Below are positions 1 through 14,837 of a stretch of 64,000 nt of DNA, piece after piece. The notes beneath the pieces were generated by a model. That model did no database searches. It was not told the origin of the DNA and saw only the letters and a list, made by a program, of their open reading frames with translations. Positions within the stretch are counted from its first letter, which is position 1. Each line of letters begins with the position of its first letter. Source of the stretch: the human T2T-CHM13v2.0 reference genome, Homo sapiens; NCBI RefSeq assembly GCF_009914755.1, contig NC_060932.1. One strand, 5' to 3'. The position numbers were made by a program, and so were the translations under genes.

Positions 1-599
1 TACACCAGTAGTAAATGTTTACAAATTCTTTCTGCAGGGATCTCTTTTCCCTGGCTGGCAACCCTCTTTGCTTCAAGGAGGCTTAAACATCCATTTGTGC
101 TTCTTGACCCACCACATTACATTTCTGCTTGACCAACTGCTGAATCGCTTCCCAGGATCCTGCCATACTGAGCAGCTCTAGTCAGTCTCCTGGAGTTAGA
201 ATTCTTCAACCAAGAGGCAAGAACCTTTTTCATGTAGGCCTGAAACCCCTGTGGACACATGTCAAGTTCTCTCAATAGCGTTTCTACCCGAATGCTGCCT
301 ATGATCCTGGCAGCTTAGCAAGCCTCCAGCAGGACCATGAAATTGTAAATTCCCTATCTTCATGGACATCTCCTAGTTTGCCACCAATAACCTGTTTGGA
401 GAATATGCCGTCAGACGTGGTGGTGGGGAAGGACAGTGCAGGGAGTGGTGGGGAGGAGAAATGTAAAGTGCTCTCTGATCTGAGGGACTCACACTTCAAA
501 GTGCCTCTTCATTTAAGCTCCTTTTAAAACTCCAGTTCTCTTTTGTGGTTGTTGAGAAGAGTAGTTGCTGAACTGGCTTTGCTATCTTTGATTATCCTT

Positions 600-2700
600 T
601 TAATTTTCACAGGATCAGTAGTGATGACTCCTTTTTCATTTCTGACATTGGTAATTTGTGTCTTCCTTTTTTTCCCTTAATCTGGCTAGCGGACAATCAA
701 TTTTGTTGATCAGTTTTTCTGCCTTCTCCGGTTTTAATTGAGCATTTTATATGATACAATTTTATCACTTAGCATTTCATTGATTTTAAAAAATTGTTTT
801 CCTGTTTTGAATTTTATTGATTTCTGTTATAATTTTTATTTTTATTTTTCTGTTTGCTTTAGGCTTAAATGGTTCTCTTTGTATGGTTTCTTAAGGTAGA
901 GGCTTAGGTTATTGGTTTGTGAGCTTTTTCTTTTCTATTCAATACATTTAACGAGATAAATTTCCTTTTAAGCACCGCTTTTCTTGGATTTCACACATTT
1001 TGGTAAGTTGTATTTCCATTTTTATTTAGTTTGAAATATTTTTAAGTTTCTTTTGAGAGGTCTTTGATCCATGGGTTATTTTGAAGTGTGAGGCTAACTT
1101 CCAAATATTTAGGGTCTTTCCAGCTATTTTTCTGTTATTTGTTTCTAGTCCAATTCTACTGTAGTAAGGATTTGGTGTATGCCATTAATTTTGGAAAGTT
1201 CTCAGCTATAATTACTTTAAGTATTTCTTCTGCTTCCTCCTGCCTTACTTTATCTTTTGATATTCTAATTACACATCTGACATGTATGTTTTTCTCTTGT
1301 GTTTCACTCTGGGAAATTTCTATTGACCTGTCTTCACTCTCACTGAGTTTAAAATTTTTCCTCAGCTGTATCTAGTCTATTGATGAGAATACCATCAAAG
1401 GTATTCTTCATTTTTGTTATGGCATTTTCAATTTCTAGGATTTTCTTTAGATTTCTTTCTTAGCATTGCCATTGCCCTGTTTTCATTATCCATATGCTTG
1501 TGCGTATTATTTACTTTTTCCATTACAGTCCTTAAAATACAAATCATAGTTATTTTAAATTCCCTGTCTGACAAATCAAACATTTGTGTCATGTCTGAGT
1601 TTGGTTCTGACAATTTATCTCTTGAGGCTGTACTATTTCTTGGTTTTGGTATGCTTTGTAACTTTTTCTTGAAAGCTGAACATGTTTTATTGGGTTATGG
1701 GAACTGAGGTAAATAGGCCCTTGGCGTGGGGATTTATGTTAATCTGGCTAGGAGTTGGGCGATATTTAATGTTTGCTGTAGCTTTAAATGCCAGAGGCTT
1801 CAAATTCCTCTTGGGTGCTTGTTTGTGTCTCCTGTATTGTCTTTGGGTTTCCATAAGTGTTTCTTTTCAGAGAGAGCCTATGTCTTGTAGCTTTTGCAGC
1901 TGCGATCCACTGTTATACTGGAGCTCTGTTGGTGCAGAGGCAAGGTGCAGGGGGAGGAATAATATTGTATTATCTTTTGTTTAAACCTTAGCCTTTGTAT
2001 TATCTTTTGTTTAAACCTTAGCCTTGGAGGCCCTGCTTCTGAGAGCTGACATTCACAAGTGTTTGTCCAGGTGTATAGCTTTTCCCATCTCCTCTTCCTT
2101 CCCTGAAGCCCTGGCCCATTTTGAATCTTGTTTCCCCTTAGGTGAGACAGCAGGGCTGGAGAGAGTGAGCAGGGAGGAATACCCTTCCTGCAGCTGGGCT
2201 AAGGCTGGCAGACTCCTTTTTCCTGGAGGGTAAACCTTTGCATGGGGAAGGTTCTGGCCTTATTTCACAGTGATTACTCTGCTCCAGAGCCAGGAGGGGA
2301 TCTTTCTTAGAGCTTCCCTGTGAGAACCTGCTGGGATTCCTGGATGTGAAGCCCACATTTTTGTGGAGGTCCTACTAAGACTTTGATCCCCAAGAGCTTC
2401 TCACTCTTATGCTAATTCACACTCCTCCAGCAATTTGTTGAAAACTTCATGTCAAGGCTCCCACCAGTCAAGAGCTCCAGGCAGCTTCTGCTCCAGATGA
2501 GCAAATCTTGGCTGTGTGTTTCTAAATGAGCCTGTTTCCCCAGATTTTTTTGGTTGGCAGTTTGTCCTATGGCCTCTATTCTCTGATGGGTCCAAGAAAA
2601 GTGATTTATTTTCCATTTATCCAGCTTTTTATTATTGTAAGGAAAGGAGTGGGACTTTCAAGTCCTTTACATGTTGGAAATGAAATCTGAAGTCTGGTTT
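600..2700 (-). mobile_element. Old L1M fragments (ORF2 remnant, ORF1 N-terminal remnant, 5' region)
   Basis: T-rich L1-like sequence; ORF 1428..1613 (DLSDREFKITMICIL) resembles the L1 ORF1 N-terminus. Confidence 0.7.
1965..2025. repeat. Perfect 30-bp tandem duplication
   Basis: TTGTATTATCTTTTGTTTAAACCTTAGCCT at 1965-1994 and 1995-2024. Confidence 0.95.
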
Positions 2701-2731
2701 TGATATGTTCTTCACAAGCTCTACAAAGATA

Positions 2732-3206
2732 AGTAACCCAAAAAGTGACTGAAGCAAACCTCAATTGATTTAGAAATTTATTCCGCCCAGGTTGATAATG
2801 CAACCAGGAAAAAGAAACACACACAGCAGGATCTGTGTCCTGGGGTTTTTCCAAAGAGAGTTTTGAGGACTTCAGTATTTAAAGAGGGAAGAGTGAGCAT
2901 GAGGGGAAGGAGGAAAGGAAAAAAGAGGTGAGTAGGCAATGACGCCAATGATTGCATTCTTGTGAGGCTCTGATTAGCACTCAATGGACCTACAGTTTAC
3001 ATGTGAAAAGAACGGAGTTAGGGGGGTGTGAATTACACATTCATCTTGCACTCAGTAGATCTGTATTTTAGGTTAGATAAAGCAAGCATGTGAAATCACA
3101 GCTGTTTGGGAACAAAAGGAAGGCGGTTTTTGCATGACTCAGTTATCAAGCTTTACTTTCCTTTTGGCAGAGTTTGGGGTCCTCAGATTTTTATTGTCCT
3201 TTCACA
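2732..3206 (-). mobile_element. ERV1 solo LTR, MER4-like
   Basis: Minus strand starts TGTGAAAGGACAATAAAAATCTGAGGACCCCAAACTC, like MER4-family LTRs; 4-bp TSD GATA at 2728-2731 and 3207-3210. Confidence 0.75.
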
Positions 3207-3221
3207 GATATGTCTAAGACC

Positions 3222-3525
<304 letters not shown>

Positions 3526-5929
3526 AGGACCTTTTTTTAAGAACATAAAGTACTTACCACCCATATTCTTTCTCAGCTTTGTGGCTTCAGCCAAAATTTC
3601 AAGACATCAAAAAAGTTCCATTTGACATCCTGTAACCTATATTTATATACCTATTATGTAACACGTGGTAAAGGGACTGAAACATAACAGGCACTCACTA
3701 CATATTTTTGAATGGAAAAATAAGGAGAGGAAAAGAGACAGGGCAGTGAGAAGGGAGCAGGTGAGGAAGAAATGGAGATAAAATAGGAAGCATAAGGGCA
3801 AAGAGGGCCAAGATTCAAAATTTATCAAAAATTATATCAACGTAAATGGCATACATAGAGTATGTTGAATAGCAGCATAAGCAGAAGTTCAAAGTGAGGC
3901 ATTATATTTTCTCTTTTTTAAATAAACATACTAAAAAAAGAGTGAGGCAAACAATTTTCTATTAAAAAGAATTAAAATCCATAGCTTTAAGCAATTCTAC
4001 TTCCCACAGTGAAATATCAAAATATTCTTAACATATAGAGGGAAAAAGTGAGTAGATATATAAATGTTAATATAAAGAGATTTCAAATGATACCAGAAGT
4101 TCAAGGTCAGAGTTTAGATAGGGGACACAGTAGATACTGATGTCTGTTGAGCATTAGCATGTGTCAAACCCTGCATTTGGCATTTTACAACTGTCAACTC
4201 ATTTAATCCTTGGGACAGTCATATGAAGAACTGCAGCCATTTACAGATATGGGAAAAGGGTCTCAGAAAGTTCAAATCACTTGATTTCAATCAGTTTAGT
4301 TGCATAGCTAAACTGATTGATTTGAATCCACATCTGTGACTTGAGAGAGCCCATGGCCAAGATTACTAATGCCTGCTTTCCTACTCTTAGAAATCTTCAC
4401 AGTCATTCGACAGAATCATGGCTACTGTCCTAGAAACTACAATCACCTGTCTCCCTTGCATCCTTGCATCTCAACTAATATTATTTGAGGGGAGTGTTGT
4501 GTGAGCTTCTAGAAATAGTCTTTTTATTATGTTTTTTTAATGTGGGTCTGCTTTCTAGGGAATAGAAATATTCTTAAAAGGCAAATCGGTGCCTTGATTG
4601 CTTTCGTCTTTATCCCTTCCTAGGTCTGCTGCTCTCTTGACCCTAATGATGATGGTCACATTCTTGGGATGGCAGAGCGAGGAGCTGTCAGTAGCCTGGG
4701 TTCCTTCTTGTTATAGCAGAACCAACATAGAAGACATGGTTTGTCTTCCTCTGGACTTTCACCTGACAAGAGCAGACTTTCATAGCTTTTACATGGCTGT
4801 TTACTTGGGGCCACAGTTATAGTGAATATAGAACTTAGTACCATACAGGAAGTGCTGCCCATAACGGAAATGGAAATATGTGGTATAATGAAGGTCGTGT
4901 CGTAGGTGAGAGGTGGTAAGTGTTCAGAATCTTCCAGATTCTGCAGAAATCTGGGCATACTTGTTTGGCAGTGGAAACATTTGGTTCAAATGGATCCTAC
5001 TCTACCTTGGAAAATGTATTACCTGCTGAGTATGACTGTAGCATGAAGGGAAAAGGTAAGACAAATTCAGAATTTTTCTGTGGCTTGGGTGCTCTGCAGC
5101 TTTGAGCAGAAACTCACAGAAGGGAGCTCAGTCTGGAGAGCATAGCATGCAAGCAGAGGAGGGAGGGAACCCAGCCCTCTCTACCTGCAAGCCAAGTTGA
5201 CTGAGAGCATGGCAATTTGGAGCCTTGGAGGGTTGAAACAGCCAACACCCTCTGTGCCTGATGGGAGGCCCTCAGAAGTGTAGATCCCAGACAATGGCCT
5301 TAGGGGAAGAAATATTGTGGTCCTAAGTTTTTCCCCAGCACCTTCTGTTAAGTGTTGACTGCCAGACCTGGGATCCAGTCAGCAATAAACATCACACCAT
5401 GGGTGTGGCCTTTCCCCTAAACCTTTCCCACCACATCTACCAAACAGAGACAGTGGCAGGCATGGGCAGAGCACAGGTGCCAGTTACAGAGCAGCTTTCA
5501 GTCTTAAAGCTTCGTCCAAGCAAGATCTGTGGCAGTGGTTTAAACGGCCAATGAGGAGGATGAAATAAATACACAAGAAGCCAATTGAGTTATTGGAGCC
5601 AATTGTATTGCAAAAGTGAAGACAGCCTTGACACAGGCTATAATTCTTCTTCCCTCTAGTTTGAGACTATACAATCTGTGTAGCCTTGAGAGAGAATATA
5701 GTCTGCAAAGCTCACCTCAGCTGCGGGGAAAATGTTAAACAACAAAGAACCCTCTAGGTTCATGGAGGACAATGGACAAGATGGCATATCACAGAGTAGA
5801 AGCAGGCAGGGCTGCCTGAGAAAGGAAGCACTTGTGATTCCTGCCCAGCAAAATCCCATCATTGTGGACCATCACTGTGTTTCTTCTGTCCCCTTCCTGG
5901 TTTTGAATGGAAAGTCTCCTGGCCTCCCC

Positions 5930-6092
5930 TCATTCTGCTCCCCTCCCTCTTCCCCTTCTCTTCTCCCCTTCCCTCGAATCCCCTCCTCTCTTCTCGTCTT
6001 TTCCTTCCCCTCCCCTTCTCTTTTCTTTTTTTTACCCCTCTCCTCCCCTTCCTTCCCCTCCCTTTCTTTCTCCTCCTGTCTCCTTTCCTTCT
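5930..6092. repeat. CT-rich low-complexity tract
   Basis: Almost pure C/T on the plus strand. Confidence 0.85.
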
Positions 6093-7390
6093 CATTTCTG
6101 ACTCTAATCATGGCTATTCTGCTTCTCTGCACCACTGTATGTAGAGTGAGATGGGGGTGAATCACTCACCTTGTCTCTTCTTGGTCATTCGGCCATGAAG
6201 AGTCATATTAGGACCTGATGGAGGGTGCTGCCTAGCGCCATAGGTTCTGGACTTCTGGTGACCTGCAGTGACTGGGCAGATCTTTACAGTGGAGAGGGTC
6301 TGTGCGTTCTGTCTGATTAGAAGAGAATACATAAATGTATGGGGAAGACTGTGGCAGAAACTTTTAAGTTAACATCCAACATCTGGATCTTATCTTTTCC
6401 CACAGTAATAGGATCCCTGGTGTTTAGGTGGCTCAGGGTGGTGCAAAATAAAGACCATATTTCTCAGCATCATTTGAGGGCTGCTTTAGTCATGTGATGA
6501 AATCTGACCAATAGGATGTGGTGTTTTGGGGTGTGCAATGCCCACAGATTGTACTGAAAGAGTGCAGGGGTGCCTTATGCCCTCTGGGGTCTTGCGGCCT
6601 GGAATGTGAGCATAATGGCTGAGGTTTCAGTGGTCACTGTAGATCACACTTATCACTGATGTTCAGGACGTGAGCCTGCATAGCCGAGCAAATGCACAGA
6701 AGGAGCTTGGGTCCCTGACTCTGTGGAGCACCCTACCAACCCTTAATGGCTACCCCAAGGCTTTTAAACATAACGGAGAAACACACTTCTACTTTCTTCA
6801 AGCCCTTATTACACTGGAGTTTTCAGTTACCCCAGCTGAATGAAATCCTCGCTGACAGAGCAAGCAAGCCTTGATGCAGAAAGAGTGGCCAGGAAACTAT
6901 TGCCCCGGCAGGGAACTGACAATGAGAGTCTGAACTAAGGCAATAGCAGTTGGGATGGTGAGGACAACATGCTAATGAGGTCGAGAGGTAGCACAGACTG
7001 GATTTAATTACTGATTGGACAAGGAGATGACAGATAAAGTAAAAGTAGAGCATTATACCTGGGTTTCTAGCTTGGATGGTGTGGAGGAGCAATGGGCATG
7101 GTTAAGAGTCCTCAGAAGGAATCTACAAAGTCAAAGAAATCCAAAGATAGAAACTTGAAGAACACAAACAATTTAAGGAGTGAACAGCAGAAGAGACCAG
7201 TAGGTAGAAGTGTCACCAGGACCACCTGGTTGAGAGATTACTAATGTCAGTCATGAGAAATAAAATCTCATGAGGAATGAAATCCCTGGGGATCTTTCCA
7301 TAAAAATCACCATGACATGGTAGACATGAAAGCTGGGGGGCTTAGAAGCCAATGTGAATCAAAGAGATGGACAAATTACCTGAGGCTGCA

Positions 7391-7700
7391 TTTTACTTAT
7401 TTTTTATTTAATATTTTAGAGACAAAGTCTCACTCTATCACCCAGGTTGGGGTACAGTGGTGTGATCATAGCTCACTGCTGCCTTGAACTCCTGGGCTCC
7501 AGCAATCCTCCTACCTTAGCCTCCTGAGTAGCTGGGACTACAAGTGTGCACCACCACATCGGGCTAATATTTAAATTTTTTGTAGAAACAGGGTCTTGCT
7601 GTGTTGCCCAGGCTGGTCTTGAATTCCTGGCCTCAAGCTATCCTCCTGCCTTGGCCTCCCAAAGAGCTGGAATTACATGTGTGAGCCCTGCTCCCGGTCC
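7391..7700 (-). mobile_element. Alu (AluJ-like)
   Basis: Diverged antisense Alu with J-type GATCATAGCTCACTG and AATCCTCC motifs. Confidence 0.9.
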
Positions 7701-8001
7701 AACATGGTTCATGAGCCTGGAATGTTGAGGGTGCCTAGCACCAGACATGTTCGTCCCAGAGCTGCTCTGCATGGGACGTCTGGCTTCACAACAGTTTTTG
7801 TCTGGTGGCCCAGATTTTCAGTCATATTTTTCTCAAGTGCTGACTCTGGCAGGTTGGAATTAATTTCTTTCAGGCATTCTCAATTCACTCTGCCTCCAAG
7901 ATTCAGAATTATTTCATCTGATGAACTGTGACCATCTCAGCATGAGGACTCTAAGGAGTGTAAATGTCATTTGTGGTCTGGTTTTTTTCTATCTTGGCAT
8001 C

Positions 8002-8360
8002 TGTTATGGACTGCATGTCTGTGTTACCCCAAAATTCATATGGGATGATGTGGGACTTTGGGAGGTAATTAGGGTTAGATGAGGTCAAGAAAGTAGAGCC
8101 CTTATGATGGAACTGGTGTCCTTAGAAGAAGAAATATGTCTTTCTCTCTCTCTCTCCACACACACACACCAAGGAAAGACTCTGTGAAGACACAGCAAGA
8201 AGTTCTCCACAAGCCAGCAAGAGAGCCCTCACCAGAAAATGAACCAGCTGGCACCTTGATCTTGAACTCCTAGCTTCCAGAATTCTGAGAATTAAATTTC
8301 TGTTGTTTAAAGTACTCAATTTGTGGCATTTTGTTATGGTGGCCCTAATGGACTAAGACA
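8002..8360 (+). mobile_element. MaLR LTR (MLT1-like)
   Basis: TGTTATGGACTG...CCCCAAAATTCATA start and GACTAAGACA end, typical of MLT1. Confidence 0.8.
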
Positions 8361-8376
8361 GCATCACAATGTAAAA

Positions 8377-8377
<1 letters not shown>

Positions 8378-8410
<33 letters not shown>
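8378..8410. repeat. (CA)n microsatellite
   Basis: About 16 CA units. Confidence 0.95.
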
Positions 8411-8412
<2 letters not shown>

Positions 8413-9138
8413 CATGACACACATTTTTACCCAGCAAAACTCCATCTTACACCAAGAATTCTTCTCTGCTTTGGAGCAGCTCAGTGAGTACAAGATGCTG
8501 GAAGATGCGCCCTGCAGGGCAGAATGCCCAGGCATGGGGCACAGCCCTGGCCCTGTGTCCTTCTGTTTCCTCAGCCTGGCTTAGGTGTTGGGCTCTTGGT
8601 CATGGCTTCATTAGGACTAAATTTTGATGGAAACGGGCATGACACACATGCCAAGAGCACTCCTTGCTCCCCAGGGCATTAAATCACCTTGTTATTTAGT
8701 GCCCTCTAGAATCCACTAATTTACATGTGGTCTCTTCTCATAGAAGCATCTCAAGTAAATCTGAATTTGTTTAGACAATTTTATGGGTATTTTAAAACCA
8801 CAATTGAATTTCAGGCCTTTGTCGCAGTCCAGCCAAGATGCACTCCAATTAGAAATAATTGCTATTAATGCTGTTATGATGTGGAGGATGCCTGCAGTGC
8901 TCCTGGACCTTTGTTGTACTGAATCCCCGAAGAGTCTGAGCTTTATTCTTTAACTAAATAGACAGGACCCTAGAAGATACGCTTCTGGAATTGTAATATT
9001 ACAGCAATATTGTGCTTCTCTCTTAATTAACCTTGTTAACCAAGGATTTGGAACATCAGTGGGTGACTCTGAGAGGGCCTTTGATCCTCTCAGTATACAT
9101 CTACAGTGGAATAAGATGTCACTGTGAAATAAAACGCC

Positions 9139-9144
9139 TTTATT
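9139..9144 (-). terminator. Distal polyadenylation signal AATAAA
   Basis: tttatt on the plus strand, about 1.45 kb past the stop codon. Confidence 0.65.
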
Positions 9145-9450
9145 CTTTGGCATACACCAAATACCTTCATCATTCTTTGAGTAATGATTGACAGTCTCGT
9201 TTAATGAAATAATGTTTGTCAAATACTTAATTTGCTGCCGGGCACAGTAAATGTTAGTTATGATTGTTATAATATTATCATAAAACAAGTTTTTTTTTTT
9301 TTTAAGGTTTTCTGAATGGAAAGGAAATACAGATCAGGGCTGTCATGTTCGTGCAGGCCACTCAAGGTAAACCATAGTGGATTCCAGAGTTTACACCCCC
9401 TGAGACTGCTGCCCCTATGACAGCATTTTACCCCCAAGATAGTCAAATTC

Positions 9451-9565
9451 TCAATTCTTTAGACTTTTACCGGGTCTCCCAAGGTACCGCTCATCCCCTC
9501 CTTGCTCCCCACAAGAGGGAAGAGACAAAGGCTGCTGTTTCTCTTGCAAGGCTGCCCCCACCAGC
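9451..9565 (-). CDS. SDR16C5: Candidate alternative terminal coding exon of SDR16C5, (R)LVGAALQEKQQ...GKSLKN-stop
   Basis: Acceptor ctccttctcag|G at 9565 is in the phase needed after exon 6; the frame is open to TGA at 9453-9451. No transcript evidence can be seen here. Confidence 0.55.
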
Positions 9566-10366
9566 CTGAGAAGGAGTTCCAGGGATATGGTAATTAACAT
9601 ATTTTTCTTAATCTTGCTTTTATAGTTAATCTCCAAAGCATGAAAGCACTTTGCCAGTTGATTAAACTGTAAGAATACAATAGATCCAAAGTGAGGGCAG
9701 CACTGATGAATATAAATGCATAAAATTGCCCATTCTGCAGGAAAATGCCTCAACCTGAATCCCAACTTGAAATACTAAGTTGAACACTTAACTTTAATTG
9801 CACGAATATATTTTTTGGATCAATAGATAGCAAAAAACCTAACTTGGTATAATTTCATCTTCAAAGTAAGAAGCAACCACTCTTTGATCTCTTCTAGGAA
9901 ACAAAAGTGATTCTATTTAAGAGTTTGGTCTAGGATCACTGCCTATGAGGGGGCTTCAGGGAATGCCCGGTAAGGCTCTTGGGCACAATAGTGCTGGATG
10001 GGCCTTTAGCCAGACTGCCACTCGGTCTGCGTATCCAGGGCATTCAGAAGCATTTGTGTAGCTGTTTTGGAAAGAAGGGCACTGGAGGCGGGCCTTTTCT
10101 ACATTAGGTGGTACAGGTTCAAAATGGCCAGAGAGGATAGCAAGGGGGTAGAAATCCAGAGCTGTGTGTCCTCTGGAGAGAGGGCATTCTGGCTGGATAT
10201 CCACATGTCCTCTTCGCCCCTCAGCCCTGCTCCCCAAGGCAGGTCAACCACAGCCGCTGGCTCCATTTGAGCCACCTCCCCAACGACCAAAGCTCAGGGC
10301 AGCTCATGGCCATGGCTTATCACTTTCTTACATCTGTGGTAATGGAAATGACAAAAATGGGCTGTC

Positions 10367-10372
10367 TTTATT
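10367..10372 (-). terminator. Candidate proximal polyadenylation signal AATAAA
   Basis: tttatt on the plus strand, about 225 nt past the stop codon. Confidence 0.4.
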
Positions 10373-10595
10373 TTTGGGAAAAAAAAGAAAAAGAAAAAAC
10401 CAAAACTCAACCAAATAGGTGATAGCAACATTATTTTCAAACACATTGATTGAAAATTCTAGTCCAGATAACAGAATAGGAGTGGTACTTGTGGTCTCCA
10501 GATATATTCCACTGTCAGACAAAAATACTTTTCTTCATTGAAGTACGCATTATGTAACACTGTGTATCAGATGACCTTAGCCATAGAGTTGGTCT

Positions 10596-10689
10596 TTAGA
10601 GCTTCTTCTTTTGGTCAACAAAGCCATCCATTGCATGAAGGATGCCCAAATAGTCAGCTATAAGCAGTCCTGTCTTGAGGGGCAAAAAG
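10596..10689 (-). CDS. SDR16C5: SDR16C5 last coding exon (exon 7), (S)FLPLKTGLLIADYLGILHAMDGFVDQKKKL-stop
   Basis: Acceptor tctttag|C; TAA at 10598-10596; the exons sum to 930 nt (309 aa plus stop). Confidence 0.96.
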
Positions 10690-10959
10690 CTAAAGAGAAC
10701 ACAAGAATAAACTTTCTTTATTATCATTCATGAAAGCCTCTTTACCACCTCTACTGAAAAGCAGTGTCACCTCTTGTGGCAGATGAAGTCACTCACTCAT
10801 GCACACACTATGCAGCCTGAGTGCTACCCGCCTCAGGGTCACTGGGCCTTGTTCACTATATCGGGGGACACTCTCCCAGGGCCTTGACAGGTCTTCTGGC
10901 TTAAGTTATTCAATTCACTTCTCATTTCGGTTTCCAAAGCATCACTCCACTGTACAATG

Positions 10960-11160
10960 ACACAGAGGAAGCAGTGAAGTCTTGTCGTGTAGGCATGCGC
11001 TTTGGGGGCAGATGAGCCTGGCTGGAATCCTAGCTCTGTCATTTGCAGTGCCACCTTAGGCAATCGACTCAGCTCATAGACCTCAGTTTCCTCAACTGTA
11101 AAATGAGGTCATCAGTCTGCCTTTCTGGCGCTACTGTGAGGATGAGATGCAATAGCTCCT
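10960..11160 (+). mobile_element. MIR
   Basis: CCTCAGTTTCCTCAACTGTAAAATGAGG core motif. Confidence 0.7.
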
Positions 11161-11508
11161 CAAACCTTGGGCAAGACCCAACTAACACTGTCCATCTTCT
11201 CCATCCACACCTGCCCCTCTGCAAAGCCATATACATGCATGATCATCATCCCAACAGAGCACTCTGCTCCACTGGCCTTTGCATTAAATACTGCAGAGCA
11301 AGGAAACAAAGCAGGCACGGGAAACCTGAGACTCATCCTAAGGTGGGGGTAAAGGAAAGGACCCCATGCTCCTTGTTCCCCTGTTTGGGCACCCCAAGAT
11401 CTCCAGGTGGTTCATCCCTCCCACAGCTTCAAGTCTCTGGTCAAGTACTACCTTCTTTATGAGACTCCCTCCACCCACCAAACACCATTCTTAAAATTAA
11501 TTCTCACC

Positions 11509-11805
<297 letters not shown>

Positions 11806-11808
11806 TTA

Positions 11809-12454
<646 letters not shown>

Positions 12455-13597
12455 AGTAAAACTCAACTTGCACCCATCTACCTCCCACTGTGGGGTTTCC
12501 TTTTTTCCCTTTCCTGCTTTATATTTCTTCAGAGCACTTATGGTCTTTTCTTTTACCTTACTTTTTTGTTTGTTTCTTTTCTGCCCCCTCACCCCACAGG
12601 AAGTGATTTCCACATGGGCAGGGACCACTGTTTGTCTTGTTCTTTGTTGTAACCCTAAGCGCAGATCCTTGGATGGTGGGTGATTCATGACACACAAAGC
12701 ACTCTCTGAATATTTGCTGAATGAATGTTTGGTGGAGTGTTTGATGTGATTGCCTTTACTGATCTTCTTCACCTTGCCTTTAGCTTACTCAGCAGCTATC
12801 TAGCCCTCTCTCAAAACATGTCCCATAACTAGTATTGCATAAAACTAAACATAATCTCCACAGTTATTCAAAGTAGAAAAATTAAGTTCCGTGTTCTTAC
12901 CATTGGCATTACTATACTATAATCTGCCATCTATTAAGCAAAAAGAACTTAGTGTGTTGTGAATGCACACCCTGCCCAATAAACAGTGCATTACACGAAT
13001 CTACAAGCTACGACAAACATTGTCTCTACAATGTAAATGAAGAAGCCAAGACCTGGAGAATAAAGGGCACGCTCAGAGTCACAGACTTAGTGAATAGTGG
13101 GATCGTAAGCCTGAATTTCGAATTGCTTGTCCAGGATCCTTTGCTCTGTCCCACATAGCCTCAGTCAGGCATTCTGACCCATCCTGTGCCAGATGAAGCC
13201 TGGAAAAATGATAGTATGCAAGAATGACATTTGGTTCATTGCACAAAGTAGATATAATTAGCTAATGAGAAAAGAAATTTCTGTACACAGGATGGACAAT
13301 GGCTGCTGGCCATGTAGTGGAAGTGAGGTATAATATCTATCTTCAAATAACTAGGAATTGTCATTGGCAAGACTGATGGAATTGCACATGGAGCTGGGGG
13401 AGAAGCACAAACCAATGAGGGGAAGTTCAAATGAGGCAGATTTCAACTCAAGGTGCTTCCTCACACAGCAGAAAGCCCAGTGAGGAAAGATTTAATTAGA
13501 TGACCTGTTACAGTCTAGAAAATGAATTGAGATAACAGGAATCAGCAGCTCACCACTATCCTTGTAAGTGGGTCAAATGTTCATTCAGTGCCTATGA

Positions 13598-14185
<588 letters not shown>

Positions 14186-14711
14186 CTGTTCTTTTGCTTT
14201 TAAGAGGTGGTTTTAAGTTTTTTCCCTCAAATTCTTTAACCATCCTAAGAGCTCAAATTTATTATGTATTGCTAATTGTACCCATACCACAAATTTCTAT
14301 AGCACTTGGCTTACTGTCTGGCCTTGACTTTGGGACCCTGTACTTGAGGAGGCATGGATACAACATCTATTCCAACAGGATTATTTTATCATGAGCGCAA
14401 GAAAATCTCTCCTAAAAAAATCATTTCGATCTTTCCATCTATCAGTACATCCACTTCTTTTTCAGAATAATTCGATACTAAGGTGGCAGGAAGGATTAGA
14501 CCCCATTTTCTTGACTCATGGCGGGCACTGCAACTGTGTAAATTTGGTATTGTGTCAGCAATGGGCACAATGATAGGACTAACAGGACTTAATAGAATTA
14601 AATTAATGAATTTTAATTTATCAGGTATTTTTAAAGTGGCTTCTCCTGGTGGGATTTGGAGTAAACTGTAGACTGGCATGTTAGGGAAGTAATAGAAGCT
14701 GATGTAATTAC

Positions 14712-14837
14712 CTTTTAAGAAACATCATGAAGTATAACAACTTTGGCATATACAAGTACATTTTTTCTTGTAGAATAGCTTCTACTATTTTTTCAACTGC
14801 ATATTTTGGTTCCAGAATTGGCAACAGAGAAGGACAG
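14712..14837 (-). CDS. SDR16C5: SDR16C5 exon 6, CPSLLPILEPKYAVEK...YFMMFLK
   Basis: Acceptor cctag|C, donor AAAG|gtaatt; 126 nt, phase 2/2. Confidence 0.97.
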
